Positions 1-9,467 of a DNA stretch of 64,000 bases are shown here, piece by piece (the stretch's first letter is position 1; every line of letters begins with the position of its first letter). Made by a program: the position numbers and the translations under genes. A model generated the notes under the pieces. The model ran no database searches, had not been told where the DNA came from, and saw nothing but the letters and a program-made list of their open reading frames with translations. Source of the DNA: an uncultured Acetobacteraceae bacterium (lineage in GTDB: Bacteria; Pseudomonadota; Alphaproteobacteria; Acetobacterales; Acetobacteraceae); NCBI GenBank assembly GCA_937873205.1, contig CALMVO010000018.1, positions 697-64,696 of the forward strand, given 5' to 3'.

Positions 1-341
1 CGGACCACGCGTGGGTCGACGGACCCTCTCGTTCGGCAGCTGCGAGTCCACTCTGACGACGACGTGATCGACAGGGCGCGACGAGATCACCTTCTGGCGT
101 AGGTCGAAAAGGCGCCGATCCCACCTGGCGAACGACCTCTGGCGACGAGACCCACCCTTCGTCCCGCGTTGGACCGGCCCGCCTCCCGGACGTCCCGTCG
201 GCAGGCAGTCCGACGCCGCGCGGGTGACTGAGGTGCTGCCAGGCGGTGAGGCGGCCATGCCGCGGGATCGATTCCGTGACATTCTCCCGGCACGGCGCGA
301 GGGGATGGTTCCCTCGGCCCCCGCCTGTCCGGAGATCCGCC

Positions 342-2012
342 TTGCCCCGACATCCGATCCCGTCGCGACGCACCCTGCTGGCCTCGGTCGCCCTGCTGAT
401 GGCCCCCCTGCTGACGACCGCCGCCCCGATCCGCGCCATCGCCGCCGACGATGCCGGCGTCGCGGACAAGGGGGCGCCGAAGCCGCCGCACTTCCTGCCG
501 ACGCAGCGGATCTCCGATGGCTCGGTGACGGTGCGGGGCCAGCGGATCGACTACCAGGCGGTGGCGGGCACGCTGGTGGTGCACCCCAAGGGCTGGGACG
601 ATTCCGATCCCGACACCAGGCCGGACTCCAAGAACCCGGACGCCGAGGCGGCGATGTTCTATGTCGCCTACTTCAAGAAGGGCGTGCGGCCGGAGGCGCG
701 GCCGATCACCTTCGTCTATAATGGTGGCCCCGGCTCGGCGACGGTCTGGCTGCACATGGGCGCGTTCGGGCCGCGCCGCATCGTCACCGCCGACGACACC
801 CACACCCCGGCAGCGCCGTATCAGGTGGTGAACAACGACGACAGCCTGCTGGACGCGACCGACCTCGTGTTCATCGACGCGCCCGGCACCGGGTTCGGCA
901 GGATCGAGGGCCGCGACAAGGAGAAGTCGTTCTACGGCACCGATCCGGACGCGTACGCCTTCACCAGCTTCATCGTGCAATTCCTGGGCCGCTACGGCCG
1001 CTACAACTCGCCCAAGTACCTGTTCGGCGAGAGCTACGGCACCACCCGCTCGGCGATCCTGGCCTACGAACTGGAGCACGAGAAGGCCATCGACCTGAAC
1101 GGCGTCATGCTGCTGTCGCAGATCCTGGACTATGACAACAGCATCGACGGGCCGCAGTACAACCCGAGCGTCGACCAGCCCTACATCCTGGCGCTGCCGA
1201 GCTTCGCGGCCACCGCCTTCTACCACCACAAGCTGGCCAACCCGCCCGCCGACCTGCGCCACTTCCTGGACGAGGTGGAGCGTTTCGCGCTCACCGACTA
1301 CGCCGCCGCGCTGAGCCAGGGCACCGCGCTGTCCGACGCCGACCGCGACCGCATCGCGGGCAGGCTGCACGACTATACCGGGCTGCCGGTCGACTACATC
1401 AGGAAGGCCGACCTGCGGGTGAACGGGGGTGACTTCGAGCAGACCCTGCTCGGCGACCAGGCGCAGGACACCGGCCGGCTCGACAGCCGCTTCTCCGGCC
1501 CGGCGATGGACCCGTTGGGCGAGCGGCCGGACTACGACCCGCAATCCGCGGCGATGTCTTCTGCCTACGTCGCCGCGTTCAACGACTACGCGCGCAAGAC
1601 GCTGCATTACGGCGATGGCGGCCCCGACGGATGGATGGAGTACACGGTAAGCGCCAACAACATCGCCACCTGGTCGTTCACCCACCAGCCGCCGGACGCG
1701 CCGCGGCCGGTGCGCGGCGCGCCGAACGTGCTGCCCGACCTGGCGGCGGCGCTCAAGTACAACCCGCGCCTGAAGGTCCAGCTCAACCAGGGCTATTACG
1801 ACCTCGGAACACCCTATTTCGAGGGCGTCTACGAGATGCGCCACCTGCCGATCCCGAAGATCCTGGCGGCCAACGTCGAGATCCGGCAGTACCAGTCCGG
1901 GCACATGGTCTACGCGCACGAGGACGCGCTGCGCCAGCTGCACGACAACTCCGCCGACTTCATCCGCCGCACAGACAACCAGGGCGCCGGACCGGCGCCA
2001 CAGGCGAGGTAA
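342..2012 (+). CDS. Serine carboxypeptidase, peptidase S10 family, probably Tat-exported
   Basis: Motifs YNGGPGS, FIDAPGTGF, nucleophile GESYG and C-terminal SGHMVY. TTG at 342 follows GGAGA (331-335) and gives MPRHPIPSRRTLLAS, a twin-arginine signal. The track start at 246 is probably too long. Confidence 0.9.
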   Translation: MPRHPIPSRRTLLASVALLMAPLLTTAAPIRAIAADDAGVADKGAPKPPHFLPTQRISDGSVTVRGQRIDYQAVAGTLVVHPKGWDDSDPDTRPDSKNPDAEAAMFYVAYFKKGVRPEARPITFVYNGGPGSATVWLHMGAFGPRRIVTADDTHTPAAPYQVVNNDDSLLDATDLVFIDAPGTGFGRIEGRDKEKSFYGTDPDAYAFTSFIVQFLGRYGRYNSPKYLFGESYGTTRSAILAYELEHEKAIDLNGVMLLSQILDYDNSIDGPQYNPSVDQPYILALPSFAATAFYHHKLANPPADLRHFLDEVERFALTDYAAALSQGTALSDADRDRIAGRLHDYTGLPVDYIRKADLRVNGGDFEQTLLGDQAQDTGRLDSRFSGPAMDPLGERPDYDPQSAAMSSAYVAAFNDYARKTLHYGDGGPDGWMEYTVSANNIATWSFTHQPPDAPRPVRGAPNVLPDLAAALKYNPRLKVQLNQGYYDLGTPYFEGVYEMRHLPIPKILAANVEIRQYQSGHMVYAHEDALRQLHDNSADFIRRTDNQGAGPAPQAR

Positions 2013-2116
2013 CGGAAGTCGAACGTTCCGGTATCGCAACTGCGATGGGCGGCTGCGATCTCGACGGGAGCCATCGCCTGTGGGATCGTCCGCTTGGATT
2101 CTCGGACGGAGCGACC

Positions 2117-4108
2117 ATGCACGCAGACAGCAGAGGGGCGGTGCCAGCACCCGTCCGCCGGCGGGGACGGGCGCTGTTCCGCGGGGCGCTGGCGGCGGCG
2201 ATGCTGGCCGCGGGCGCCGTCCGGGCCGCCCCGGACCCGACCCTGGTCGCCGTCGGCAACGACATCCCGCCGCACTTCGTGCGGCCGACCGCGGACTTCG
2301 ACTACGTGCGCCGCGAGGTCATGATCCCGATGCGCGACGGGGTGCGGCTGTACACCGTGATCGTGGTGCCCAAGGGCGCGCACGGGGCGCCGATCCTGCT
2401 CACCCGCACGCCCTACGACGCCGGCAAGCGGGCCCAACGCGCGGACAGCCCGTCGATGGCGGCGACGCTGCCGGAGGGCGACGACGTGTTCGTGGCCGGC
2501 GGCTACATCCGGGTGTTCCAGGACATCCGCGGCAAGTACGGCTCCGAGGGCGACTACGTGATGACGCGGCCGCCGATCGGGCCGCTCAATCCGTCCAACA
2601 CGGACGACACCACCGACGCCTGGGACACGATCGACTGACTCGTGCGGAACGTCCCCGAAAGCAACGGCCGGGTCGGTATGGTCGGCTCCTCCTACGAGGG
2701 CTGGACCGTGGTGATGGCGCTGCTGCATCCGCATCCGGCGCTGAAGGTGGCCGCCCCCGAGAGCCCGATGGTCGATGGCTGGATGGGCGACGACTGGTTC
2801 CATTACGGGGCCTTCCGGCAGCCGAACTTCGACTACTTCACCGGCCAGATGACGAAGAAGGGCGAGGGCGACGAGGTGCCCCGTCCGCGCTACGACGACT
2901 ACGAGACCTTCCTGCTGGCGGGCTCCGCCGGCGACTATGCGCACGCCAACGGGCTCGACCAGCTGCCGTTCTGGCGCCGCATGGCGGCACACCCGGCCTA
3001 CGACGCGTTCTGGCAGGATCAGGCGCTCGACCATCTGGTGGCGGCCCACCCGTCCGACGTGCCGACGCTCTGGGAGCAGGGGCTGTGGGACCAGGAGGAC
3101 ATGTGGGGGGCGGTGCATAGCTGGCTGGCGCTGAAGGCGGCCGGCCACGAATCCAACAACGTCCTGATCATGGGACCGTGGCGGCACAGCCAGGTGAACT
3201 ACGAGGGCGACGGGCTGGGCCCGCTGACATGGGACGGCGACACCGCGCACCAGTATCGCGCCACCATCCTGCGGCCGTTCTTCGACCAGTACCTGAAGCC
3301 GGGCTCGCCGAAGGCCGACGTTCCGGCCGCCTTCATCTACAACACCGGCCTGAACCGCTGGGACCGCTTCAGCCAGTGGCCGCTCGCCTGCCAGGCCGGC
3401 TGCGCCGCGCCGATGCGGCCGCTCTACCTGCAGGCGGCGCACGGGCTCTCGTTCAAGCCGCCGGCTGCCGTCAATCCCGGAGCGGGGGCCGGTGCCGACC
3501 GCTACGTCTCGGACCCGGCGCGGCCGGTGCCCTACCTGCCCCGGCCGGTGGCGTTCTCCGACAGCGCCCGCTGGAAGCCCTGGCTGACCAGCGACCAGCG
3601 CAGCGTCGTCGACCGCGGCGACGTCATCAGCTACGAGACGCCGGTGCTGACAGCACCCGTGCACATCTCCGGGGAACCGGCCGCGGACCTGTTCGCCGCC
3701 ACCACCGGCACCGACGCCGACTGGGTGGTCAAGCTGATTGACGTCTATCCAGGCATCGTGACCGAGAACCAGGTCGTCGGCCCCGCAATAGGCGGCTACG
3801 AGCTGCCGGTCGCCATGGACATCTTCCGCGGCCGCTACCGCGACAGCGTTTCGAAGCCGGAGCCGATCCCGGCGAACCAGGTCGAGCGCTACCGCTTCAC
3901 GCTGCCGCCCACCAACCACGTGTTCTTGCCGGGCCACCGGATCATGGTGCAGATCCAGTCGAGCTGGTTCCCGCTCTACGACCGCAATCCGCAGACCTAC
4001 GTGGACAACATCTTCCACGCCGCGCCGTCCGACTACGTCGCGGCGACGCAGAGCATCGTGCACAGCCCGGGACAGGCGAGCGCAGTCTGGCTGCCGGTGG
4101 CACCCTGA
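2117..4108 (+). pseudogene. CocE/NonD-family alpha-amino acid ester hydrolase-like gene interrupted by a single in-frame TGA (2636-2638)
   Basis: Continuous frame through REVMIPMRDGVRL, LTRTPY, QDIRGKYGSEG, DAWDTID*LVRNVPESNGRVGM, nucleophile GSSYEG and a C-terminal jelly-roll domain. The stop sits where the family has Trp (DTIDWLV). Confidence 0.85.
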
Positions 4109-4129
4109 CGCCGAGCGGCCCGGCCCGAC

Positions 4130-4994
4130 TCATCGCCCGGAGCGGGGCCAGGGGGCGGGCGACAGCGCGCGGTGGAAGAACTCCAACGCTGCCACCACCC
4201 TCGCCGGCCGCAGCGCCGTCGGCGGCATCACCAGGCTGAGCGGCGCGGCCGGCAGCGACCAGTCCGGCAGCACCCGCACCAGACGGCCAGCCTCGAGCTC
4301 GCGCCACGCCACGAAGTCCGGCGGCACCGCGAGCCCCAGACCGGCTCGCAGCGACGGCATCACGGCCTCGGCGTTGTTGAACCGCAACGGACCGTCGATG
4401 GCGACGGACGCCTGCTCGCCGAAGGCGTGGCCGAACAGCCAGCGGTTGGCGGAGGCATGGTCGGCATAGCCGAAGCAGGGCAGCCCCTGCAGCTCGCGCG
4501 GATGCGCCGGCAGCCGGCCGGCCTCGACATAGGCCGGGGAGGTGACCAGCAGCAGCCGGACGTCGCAGATCCGCCGGCTGCGCAGCGACCAGGTCTGCAG
4601 CTGCGCGATCCGCAGCGCGAAGTCGAAGCCGCCGCCGATCAGGTCGACCAGCTCGTCGTCGAGATGCAGATCGATCGACAGGCCGGGACATCGGCGCCGC
4701 GATGCGGACCAGGCCGCGCGGGGTCGCGGTGCGGTCGAGTGCGTCCGCCGCGAGTTGCTTGGCGTCGGCCAGCAGCAGCGCCGCGCGGTCGGCGGGTTCG
4801 CGCCCCACGGTGGTCAGCGCCACCCGGCGCGAGGTGCGGCTCGGCAGTGCTGCGCCAACCTGCCGCTCCAGCCGCGCCACCGCCTTCGAGACCGTGGCCG
4901 TGGACAGGCCCAGCTCGGCGGAGGCCGCCGCGAACGATCCGGTCCCGGCGATGCGGGCGAAGATCGCTCACGCCTCCAGGTCTGGCAGGGTCAT
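4130..4994 (-). pseudogene. LysR-family regulator, inactivated by a nonsense codon and a frameshifting deletion
   Basis: MTLPDLEA*AIFARIAGTGSF...ELGLSTATVSKAVARLERQVG HTH with TGA at 4968-4970. The frame breaks after RIAAPMS (~4685) and the substrate domain resumes in another frame (PGLSIDLHLDDELVDLIGGGFDFALRI ... RFNNAEAV). Confidence 0.85.
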
Positions 4995-5189
4995 GGCAAT
5001 TCCAGCAATGATGTCTTTCCAATGTTTCTGTTTGGGAGAGTCCCCTCAAGCCTCAGGGTTCGCCGGGAGCAGGAAGCCGGGGCGTCCCGACGCGCCCGAC
5101 TTTGCCGTCGCCTGGGCATGCCCCTCGCGATCCAGGCGCCGCGTCCTCCCGCAACCCCAAGCCAGCTCCAGCCAGATCGGATGACCGTC

Positions 5190-5804
5190 ATGAAGACCTC
5201 GCTCCACCTCGCCGCCCTCTGCGCCGGCGCCCTCGCCGCCATGCCGCCCGCCCTCGCGCAGGACGCGACGCATGTGGCGTCCACCGTCCAGAGCGGCACC
5301 TACGCGGTCGAGCCAAGCCATACCCAGGTCGGGTTCAGCCTGCTGCACCTGGGCTTCAGCTACTATTCCGGCGTGTTCTCCAGCGTGTCCGGCACGCTGC
5401 AGCTCGATCCGGCACATCTGGCCGACACCAGGCTCGACGTCAGCATCCCCATCGCCTCGGTTTCCACCACCAGCGCCGAGCTGGACGGCAAGCTGAAGAG
5501 CCCGGCCTGGTTCGACGCCGCCGCCTACCCCAACGCCACCTTCGTCTCGACCAAGGTGACGCCGATGGGCAAGACCCGCGCCCAGGTCACCGGCACCCTC
5601 ACCCTGCACGGCATCTCGAAGCCGGAGACGCTCACCGCGACCTTCGTAGGCGCCGGAGTGAACCCGCTCGACAAGAAGTACACGGTCGGCTTCGAGGCGA
5701 CCGGGACCATCCGACGCGGCGATTTCGGGGTCAGGACCTATCTGCCGCTGGTCGGTGACGACGTGCGCCTGACCATCGCCGGCGCCTTCGAGCTGCAGGG
5801 CTGA
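5190..5804 (+). CDS. yceI: YceI-family polyisoprenoid-binding periplasmic protein
   Basis: Signal peptide, GTYAVEPSHTQVGF, HLGFSYYSGVF, WFDAAAYPNATF, GTLTLHGISK, RGDFG; alternative ATG at 5181. Confidence 0.9.
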   Translation: MKTSLHLAALCAGALAAMPPALAQDATHVASTVQSGTYAVEPSHTQVGFSLLHLGFSYYSGVFSSVSGTLQLDPAHLADTRLDVSIPIASVSTTSAELDGKLKSPAWFDAAAYPNATFVSTKVTPMGKTRAQVTGTLTLHGISKPETLTATFVGAGVNPLDKKYTVGFEATGTIRRGDFGVRTYLPLVGDDVRLTIAGAFELQG

Positions 5805-5833
5805 CATACCGGCGCGGCCCGGGCGACGGCCAT

Positions 5834-5858
5834 GCATCCTTCCGCGCCGCCGAGCGTT
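5834..5858 (+). promoter_or_regulatory. Possible EcfG/SigT (general stress response) promoter, GCATC-N16-CGTT
   Basis: Two mismatches to the alphaproteobacterial GGAAC-N16/17-CGTT consensus, 35 nt upstream of a DUF3309-like gene. Confidence 0.3.
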
Positions 5859-5893
5859 ATGGGATCGACACAATCCAGTCGAGAGATTATCCC

Positions 5894-6067
5894 ATGATCA
5901 CCATCCTGATCGTCATCCTGATCATCCTCGCGCTCGGCGGCGGCGGTTACGGTTTTCGGTCCGGCTGGTACGGCGGCTCGCGCGGCACCGGCTTCAACGG
6001 GTTGGGTCTGGTGCCGCTGTTGCTGATCATCATCGTCATCGTGCTGCTGTTCCGCGGCGGCGTCTGA
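5894..6067 (+). CDS. Small two-TM membrane protein, DUF3309-like (57 aa, absent from the ORF track)
   Basis: Hand translation MITILIVILIILALGGGGYGFRSGWYGGSRGTGFNGLGLVPLLLIIIVIVLLFRGGV*; GAGAG upstream. Confidence 0.75.
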   Translation: MITILIVILIILALGGGGYGFRSGWYGGSRGTGFNGLGLVPLLLIIIVIVLLFRGGV

Positions 6068-6093
6068 CACATCCGGATTGGGGGACACGCTGC

Positions 6094-6285
6094 ATGAAGA
6101 CGCTCGTCACACTCGCCGCGGTCCTGCTGGTCGCCTCGGGGGGATCGGCGTCTGCCGCCTCCTGTCGTGACGGCAAGGGCAAGTTCATCGCCTGTCCCCC
6201 GCCGGCGCCGGCCGCGTCCGCCAAGTGCCGGAACGCCGCCGGCAAGTTCGTGAAGTGCAGCGCGCCGGCAGCCGCACCGAAGTAA
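6094..6285 (+). CDS. Small secreted protein with two Cys-x4-GKF-x2-Cys repeats
   Basis: Signal peptide ending ASA; CRDGKGKFIAC and CRNAAGKFVKC separated by a Pro/Ala linker; GGGGGA RBS. Confidence 0.75.
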   Translation: MKTLVTLAAVLLVASGGSASAASCRDGKGKFIACPPPAPAASAKCRNAAGKFVKCSAPAAAPK

Positions 6286-6441
6286 CCGGTGTGCTGACTC
6301 AGGAATCGGTTACGAACAGTTACCAACTGTGCAGTTTGCGGCGGCATCCAGTTCCTACGGCCTGATCGTTAATTTTGTGTTATAGATTTCTTGCCATAAG
6401 GTTGCCTCGGAGCGGCGACACTGTTCGCCAAGCGAGTGGGC

Positions 6442-7452
6442 ATGGCGGAAACGGAACTCAAGAACCGAGGGCTGATCAGGCTTCACAAGACGCACTCTCT
6501 GGTCGAGCACACAGCTGCCCGGACCCTGATCGTGTCAGGCGTCGCGAGATCAGGGACCAGCATGGTCGCCCGCGTGCTCGATGCGGCCGGAATCCCCATG
6601 GGCGACCGGATCGACGACGTGGTGTATGAAGACCAGGATTTCGCCCAGCTGTTCAACCGGCCGACCCTCGACCAGGATGCGCTGGATGGTCTGATTCGTC
6701 AGCGCAATGACGCAAATCCGGTCTGGGGCTTCAAGCGGCCGCAGATGCACCTGCTGGGTGCTGAGACGATTTCCCGGTTCCGCAGCCCGCTGGTCATCGT
6801 GACGCTGCGCGATCCGGTCGCGATCGCCGAACGATACGCCATCGCCGAGCAGATCGACGCACGGACCACGCTGTCGATGGCAATGGGCGACCTGCAGGAA
6901 ATGGTGCTGTTCGCGCAGCGGCTGGCCTGCCCGGTGCTGCTGGTCAGCTACGAGAAGGCGGTGCGGGACCCGGCGCGCCTGGTCGAGCGGCTGCTGGAGT
7001 TCTGCGGCCTGCAGCGGTCGCCAAGCGAGCGCCAGCGGCTGCGCCGTCTCGTCGAGCCCGATCGTCCCGCCTACATCGAGAGCGCCCGCCGCACCTTCGG
7101 CGGCTACATCGACGGCATCCAGGGCACCGTCCTCGGCGGATGGGCCTATGAGCGCTCGCTGGGATTGCCGCTGGCGATTACCGTGTTCCGCGACGACGTG
7201 CCGGTCCTGGACGGCGTCGCCGACCAGTATCGCCAGGACCTGGCCGACGCCGGCATCGATGACGGCCGGCACGGCTTCTCGGTCGACCTCGCCGGCTGCG
7301 GCTTCGTGCCGACCTCGCGCGTGACGGTCCGGGTCAAGGGCCGCAACTTCGCGCTCAACAACAGCGGCGCCAGCGCGGCCGAACTCGGGGCCGATCTCCA
7401 AGCCGAACTCCGCGAGCCGGGCCGCTTCTGGGCCTTGACGCCGTTCGGCTAG
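6442..7452 (+). CDS. Sulfotransferase-like P-loop protein with a C-terminal domain of the type seen in glycosyltransferases
   Basis: VSGVARSGTSM (5'-PSB-like), WGFKRP, VTLRDP (3'-PB-like), VSYE; C-terminal GYID...GGWA...ADQYRQDLADAGI..GRHGF. Confidence 0.65.
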   Translation: MAETELKNRGLIRLHKTHSLVEHTAARTLIVSGVARSGTSMVARVLDAAGIPMGDRIDDVVYEDQDFAQLFNRPTLDQDALDGLIRQRNDANPVWGFKRPQMHLLGAETISRFRSPLVIVTLRDPVAIAERYAIAEQIDARTTLSMAMGDLQEMVLFAQRLACPVLLVSYEKAVRDPARLVERLLEFCGLQRSPSERQRLRRLVEPDRPAYIESARRTFGGYIDGIQGTVLGGWAYERSLGLPLAITVFRDDVPVLDGVADQYRQDLADAGIDDGRHGFSVDLAGCGFVPTSRVTVRVKGRNFALNNSGASAAELGADLQAELREPGRFWALTPFG

Positions 7453-7611
7453 AGGCCGGATCCAGACTTCGCCCAAGGGGCAGCGCTATCGGTCGGCGCC
7501 GTTCGCCGGCCGAGGGCGCTGCCACGCCGCCGCTCCGGCACCGCGCCGCACCCCGAAATGATGTCTCGCGGCGATGGCGGCGGCACCGTAGCCTGGGCGG
7601 ATGAGGACGAC

Positions 7612-8631
7612 ATGGCGGCGCGGGATGGCTATGGCATGAGCGGCGGCAGGCTGTCCCGGCGGCGCCTGCTGACTGCCGCGGCGACGCTGCCGCTGCTGCA
7701 GGCACCGTCGCTGCGTGCGCGCGCCAGCCAGCCGCAGAGACTGCGGCTGCTTACCAACTGGTTCGCCCAAGCCGAGCATGGCGGCTTCTACCAGGCGGAC
7801 GCGCTGGGGCTCTACCGCAACGCCGGCCTCGACGCCGTCGTGGCCATGGGCGGCCCGCAGGTGAACGGCGTCCAGCTGCTGCTGGCCGGCGCCTGCGACA
7901 TCGTGCTGGCGCAGCCGGAGCAGGTGCTGAAGGGGATTCAGAACGGGCTGCCCCTGGTCGCCATCGCCACCACCTTCCAGAAGGGGCTGGGTGGACTGCT
8001 GACGCATCCCGACATCACCGCGCTGGAGCAGCTGCGCGGCCATCCGATCCTGATCAGCACCGAGGGCCGCACCTCCTTCTGGCCGTGGTTGCGCCGCACC
8101 TACGGCTTCGCCGATGCTCAGGCCGGCACCTACACCTTCAACATCCAGCCGTTCCTGTTCGACCCGCGGCTGGCGATGCAGGCGTTCGCGACCTCCGAGC
8201 CCTTCGCCGTGCAACGGCGGCACGTGCCCTACCGCTTCTTCCTGTTCGCCGATGCCGGGTACGCCGGCTACGGCAACATGCTGGTCACGACGCGGGCGAC
8301 ACTCGCCGCGCGCAGGCCGGAGCTGGCCGCCTTCTTGCATGCCAGCATGACCGGCTGGATGTCGGTGCTGACCGGCGACCCGGCACCGGCGCGGCGCGCC
8401 ATCATGGCGGCGAACCCGGCGATGAGCGCCGACCAGATCGACTGGTCGTTCGCCGCACTCCGCCGGCTGCAGGCGGTGGGCGCCCCGGGCCAGGCGATCG
8501 GCCGGTTCGACCCGGCCCGCTGGGCGCGCATCCGCGCGATGGACGTGTCCACCGGGCTGATCCCGGTCTCGCTCGACTGGAGCCAGGCCTTCACCACGGA
8601 GTTCGACGGCGCGATGGACGTGACGCTGTGA
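7612..8631 (+). CDS. ABC transporter substrate-binding protein, NMT1/THI5-like, Tat signal
   Basis: LSRRRLL signal; TNWFAQAEHGGFYQA, MGGPQVNG, YTFNIQPF, SEPF; GAGGA RBS before ATG 7612. Confidence 0.88.
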   Translation: MAARDGYGMSGGRLSRRRLLTAAATLPLLQAPSLRARASQPQRLRLLTNWFAQAEHGGFYQADALGLYRNAGLDAVVAMGGPQVNGVQLLLAGACDIVLAQPEQVLKGIQNGLPLVAIATTFQKGLGGLLTHPDITALEQLRGHPILISTEGRTSFWPWLRRTYGFADAQAGTYTFNIQPFLFDPRLAMQAFATSEPFAVQRRHVPYRFFLFADAGYAGYGNMLVTTRATLAARRPELAAFLHASMTGWMSVLTGDPAPARRAIMAANPAMSADQIDWSFAALRRLQAVGAPGQAIGRFDPARWARIRAMDVSTGLIPVSLDWSQAFTTEFDGAMDVTL

Positions 8632-9467
8632 CGACCGGTCCCCGCCTTCCCCGGCGCCTGTGGCAGGAGATGAGCTGGCCCGAGTTCCGCCGGCTGCCAG
8701 CCGACACCGTGGCGGTGCTGCCGGTCGGCGCCATCGAGCAGCACGGGCCGCATCTGCCGGTGTTCGTCGACAGCTGCATCAACGGCGAGCTGCTGGCCCG
8801 GGCGCTCGCGGCGGCACCCGACGACCTGCCCGTGACCGCGCTGCCGATGCAGAGCGTCGGCAAGAGCGAGGAGCACATCGCCTATCCGGGCACGCTGCTG
8901 CTGTCGGCCGACACGCTGACCCGGGTGCTGGTGGAGCTCGGCGAGAGCGTGGCGCGGGCCGGGGTGCGCCGGCTGCTGCTGCTGAACTCGCATGGCGGCC
9001 AGCCGCAGGTGCTCGACATCGTCGCCCGCACCCTGCGACGGACGCATTCGATGTTCGTGGTCAACGCCAGCTGGATGCGGCTCGGCCTGCCGGACGAGCT
9101 GTTCTCGGACAGTGAGCGCCGGCACGGCATCCATGGCGGCGAGATCGAGACCGCGCTGATGCTGCACCTTCGGCCCGACCTGGTGCGGATGGAGCTGGCC
9201 CGCGACTTCCGCCCGGCGACGTTGGCCCTTGCGGACCGCTGCGAGATCCTGGAGGCCGAGGGCCGGCTCGGCTTCGGCTGGCTGACCCAGGACCTGCATC
9301 CGGCCGGCGCCTGCGGCGACGCCCGGGCCGCAACCGCGGAGGCCGGCCGGCTGGTAGCCGAGCACCAGGTCGGCCGCTTCCTTCGCCTGGTGCGTGAGAT
9401 CGCGGACTTCGACCTCGCCCGCCTGCGGCCGAACGATACCATCGACGAGAACGGGGACGCGCCATGA
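8628..9467 (+). CDS. Creatininase / ArfB / MftE-family metal amidohydrolase
   Basis: LPVGAIEQHGPHLP, GKSEEH, NSHGG, HGGEIET; GTGA overlap with the upstream stop. Confidence 0.9.
   Translation: MTTGPRLPRRLWQEMSWPEFRRLPADTVAVLPVGAIEQHGPHLPVFVDSCINGELLARALAAAPDDLPVTALPMQSVGKSEEHIAYPGTLLLSADTLTRVLVELGESVARAGVRRLLLLNSHGGQPQVLDIVARTLRRTHSMFVVNASWMRLGLPDELFSDSERRHGIHGGEIETALMLHLRPDLVRMELARDFRPATLALADRCEILEAEGRLGFGWLTQDLHPAGACGDARAATAEAGRLVAEHQVGRFLRLVREIADFDLARLRPNDTIDENGDAP

Noticed and set aside
1-245. Possible gene end at the window start (frame 1 open to TAG at 100-102)
   Set aside because: No recognisable motif in any frame, so a product cannot be supported.
87-4063. Long antisense ORFs (87-2150, 1910-4063) and similar ones opposite katG, clpB, the macroglobulin and the catabolic genes
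   Set aside because: Shadow frames expected in GC-rich coding DNA; Arg/Gly/Val-rich, without motifs, and opposite well-supported genes.
2636-4970. Idea that TGA is reassigned to Trp (code 4) or read as selenocysteine, given two Trp-position TGAs
   Set aside because: TGA is the normal stop of many intact genes here (katG, pbpC, fliF, flhA), TGG is used throughout, the positions are Trp rather than Cys, and no clear SECIS hairpin follows.
7453-7611. TPP or purine riboswitch expected before the NMT1/THI5-like gene
   Set aside because: No CTGAGA or GAACCTGA core; only a GC hairpin (GGCAGCGC...GCGCTGCC) is visible.
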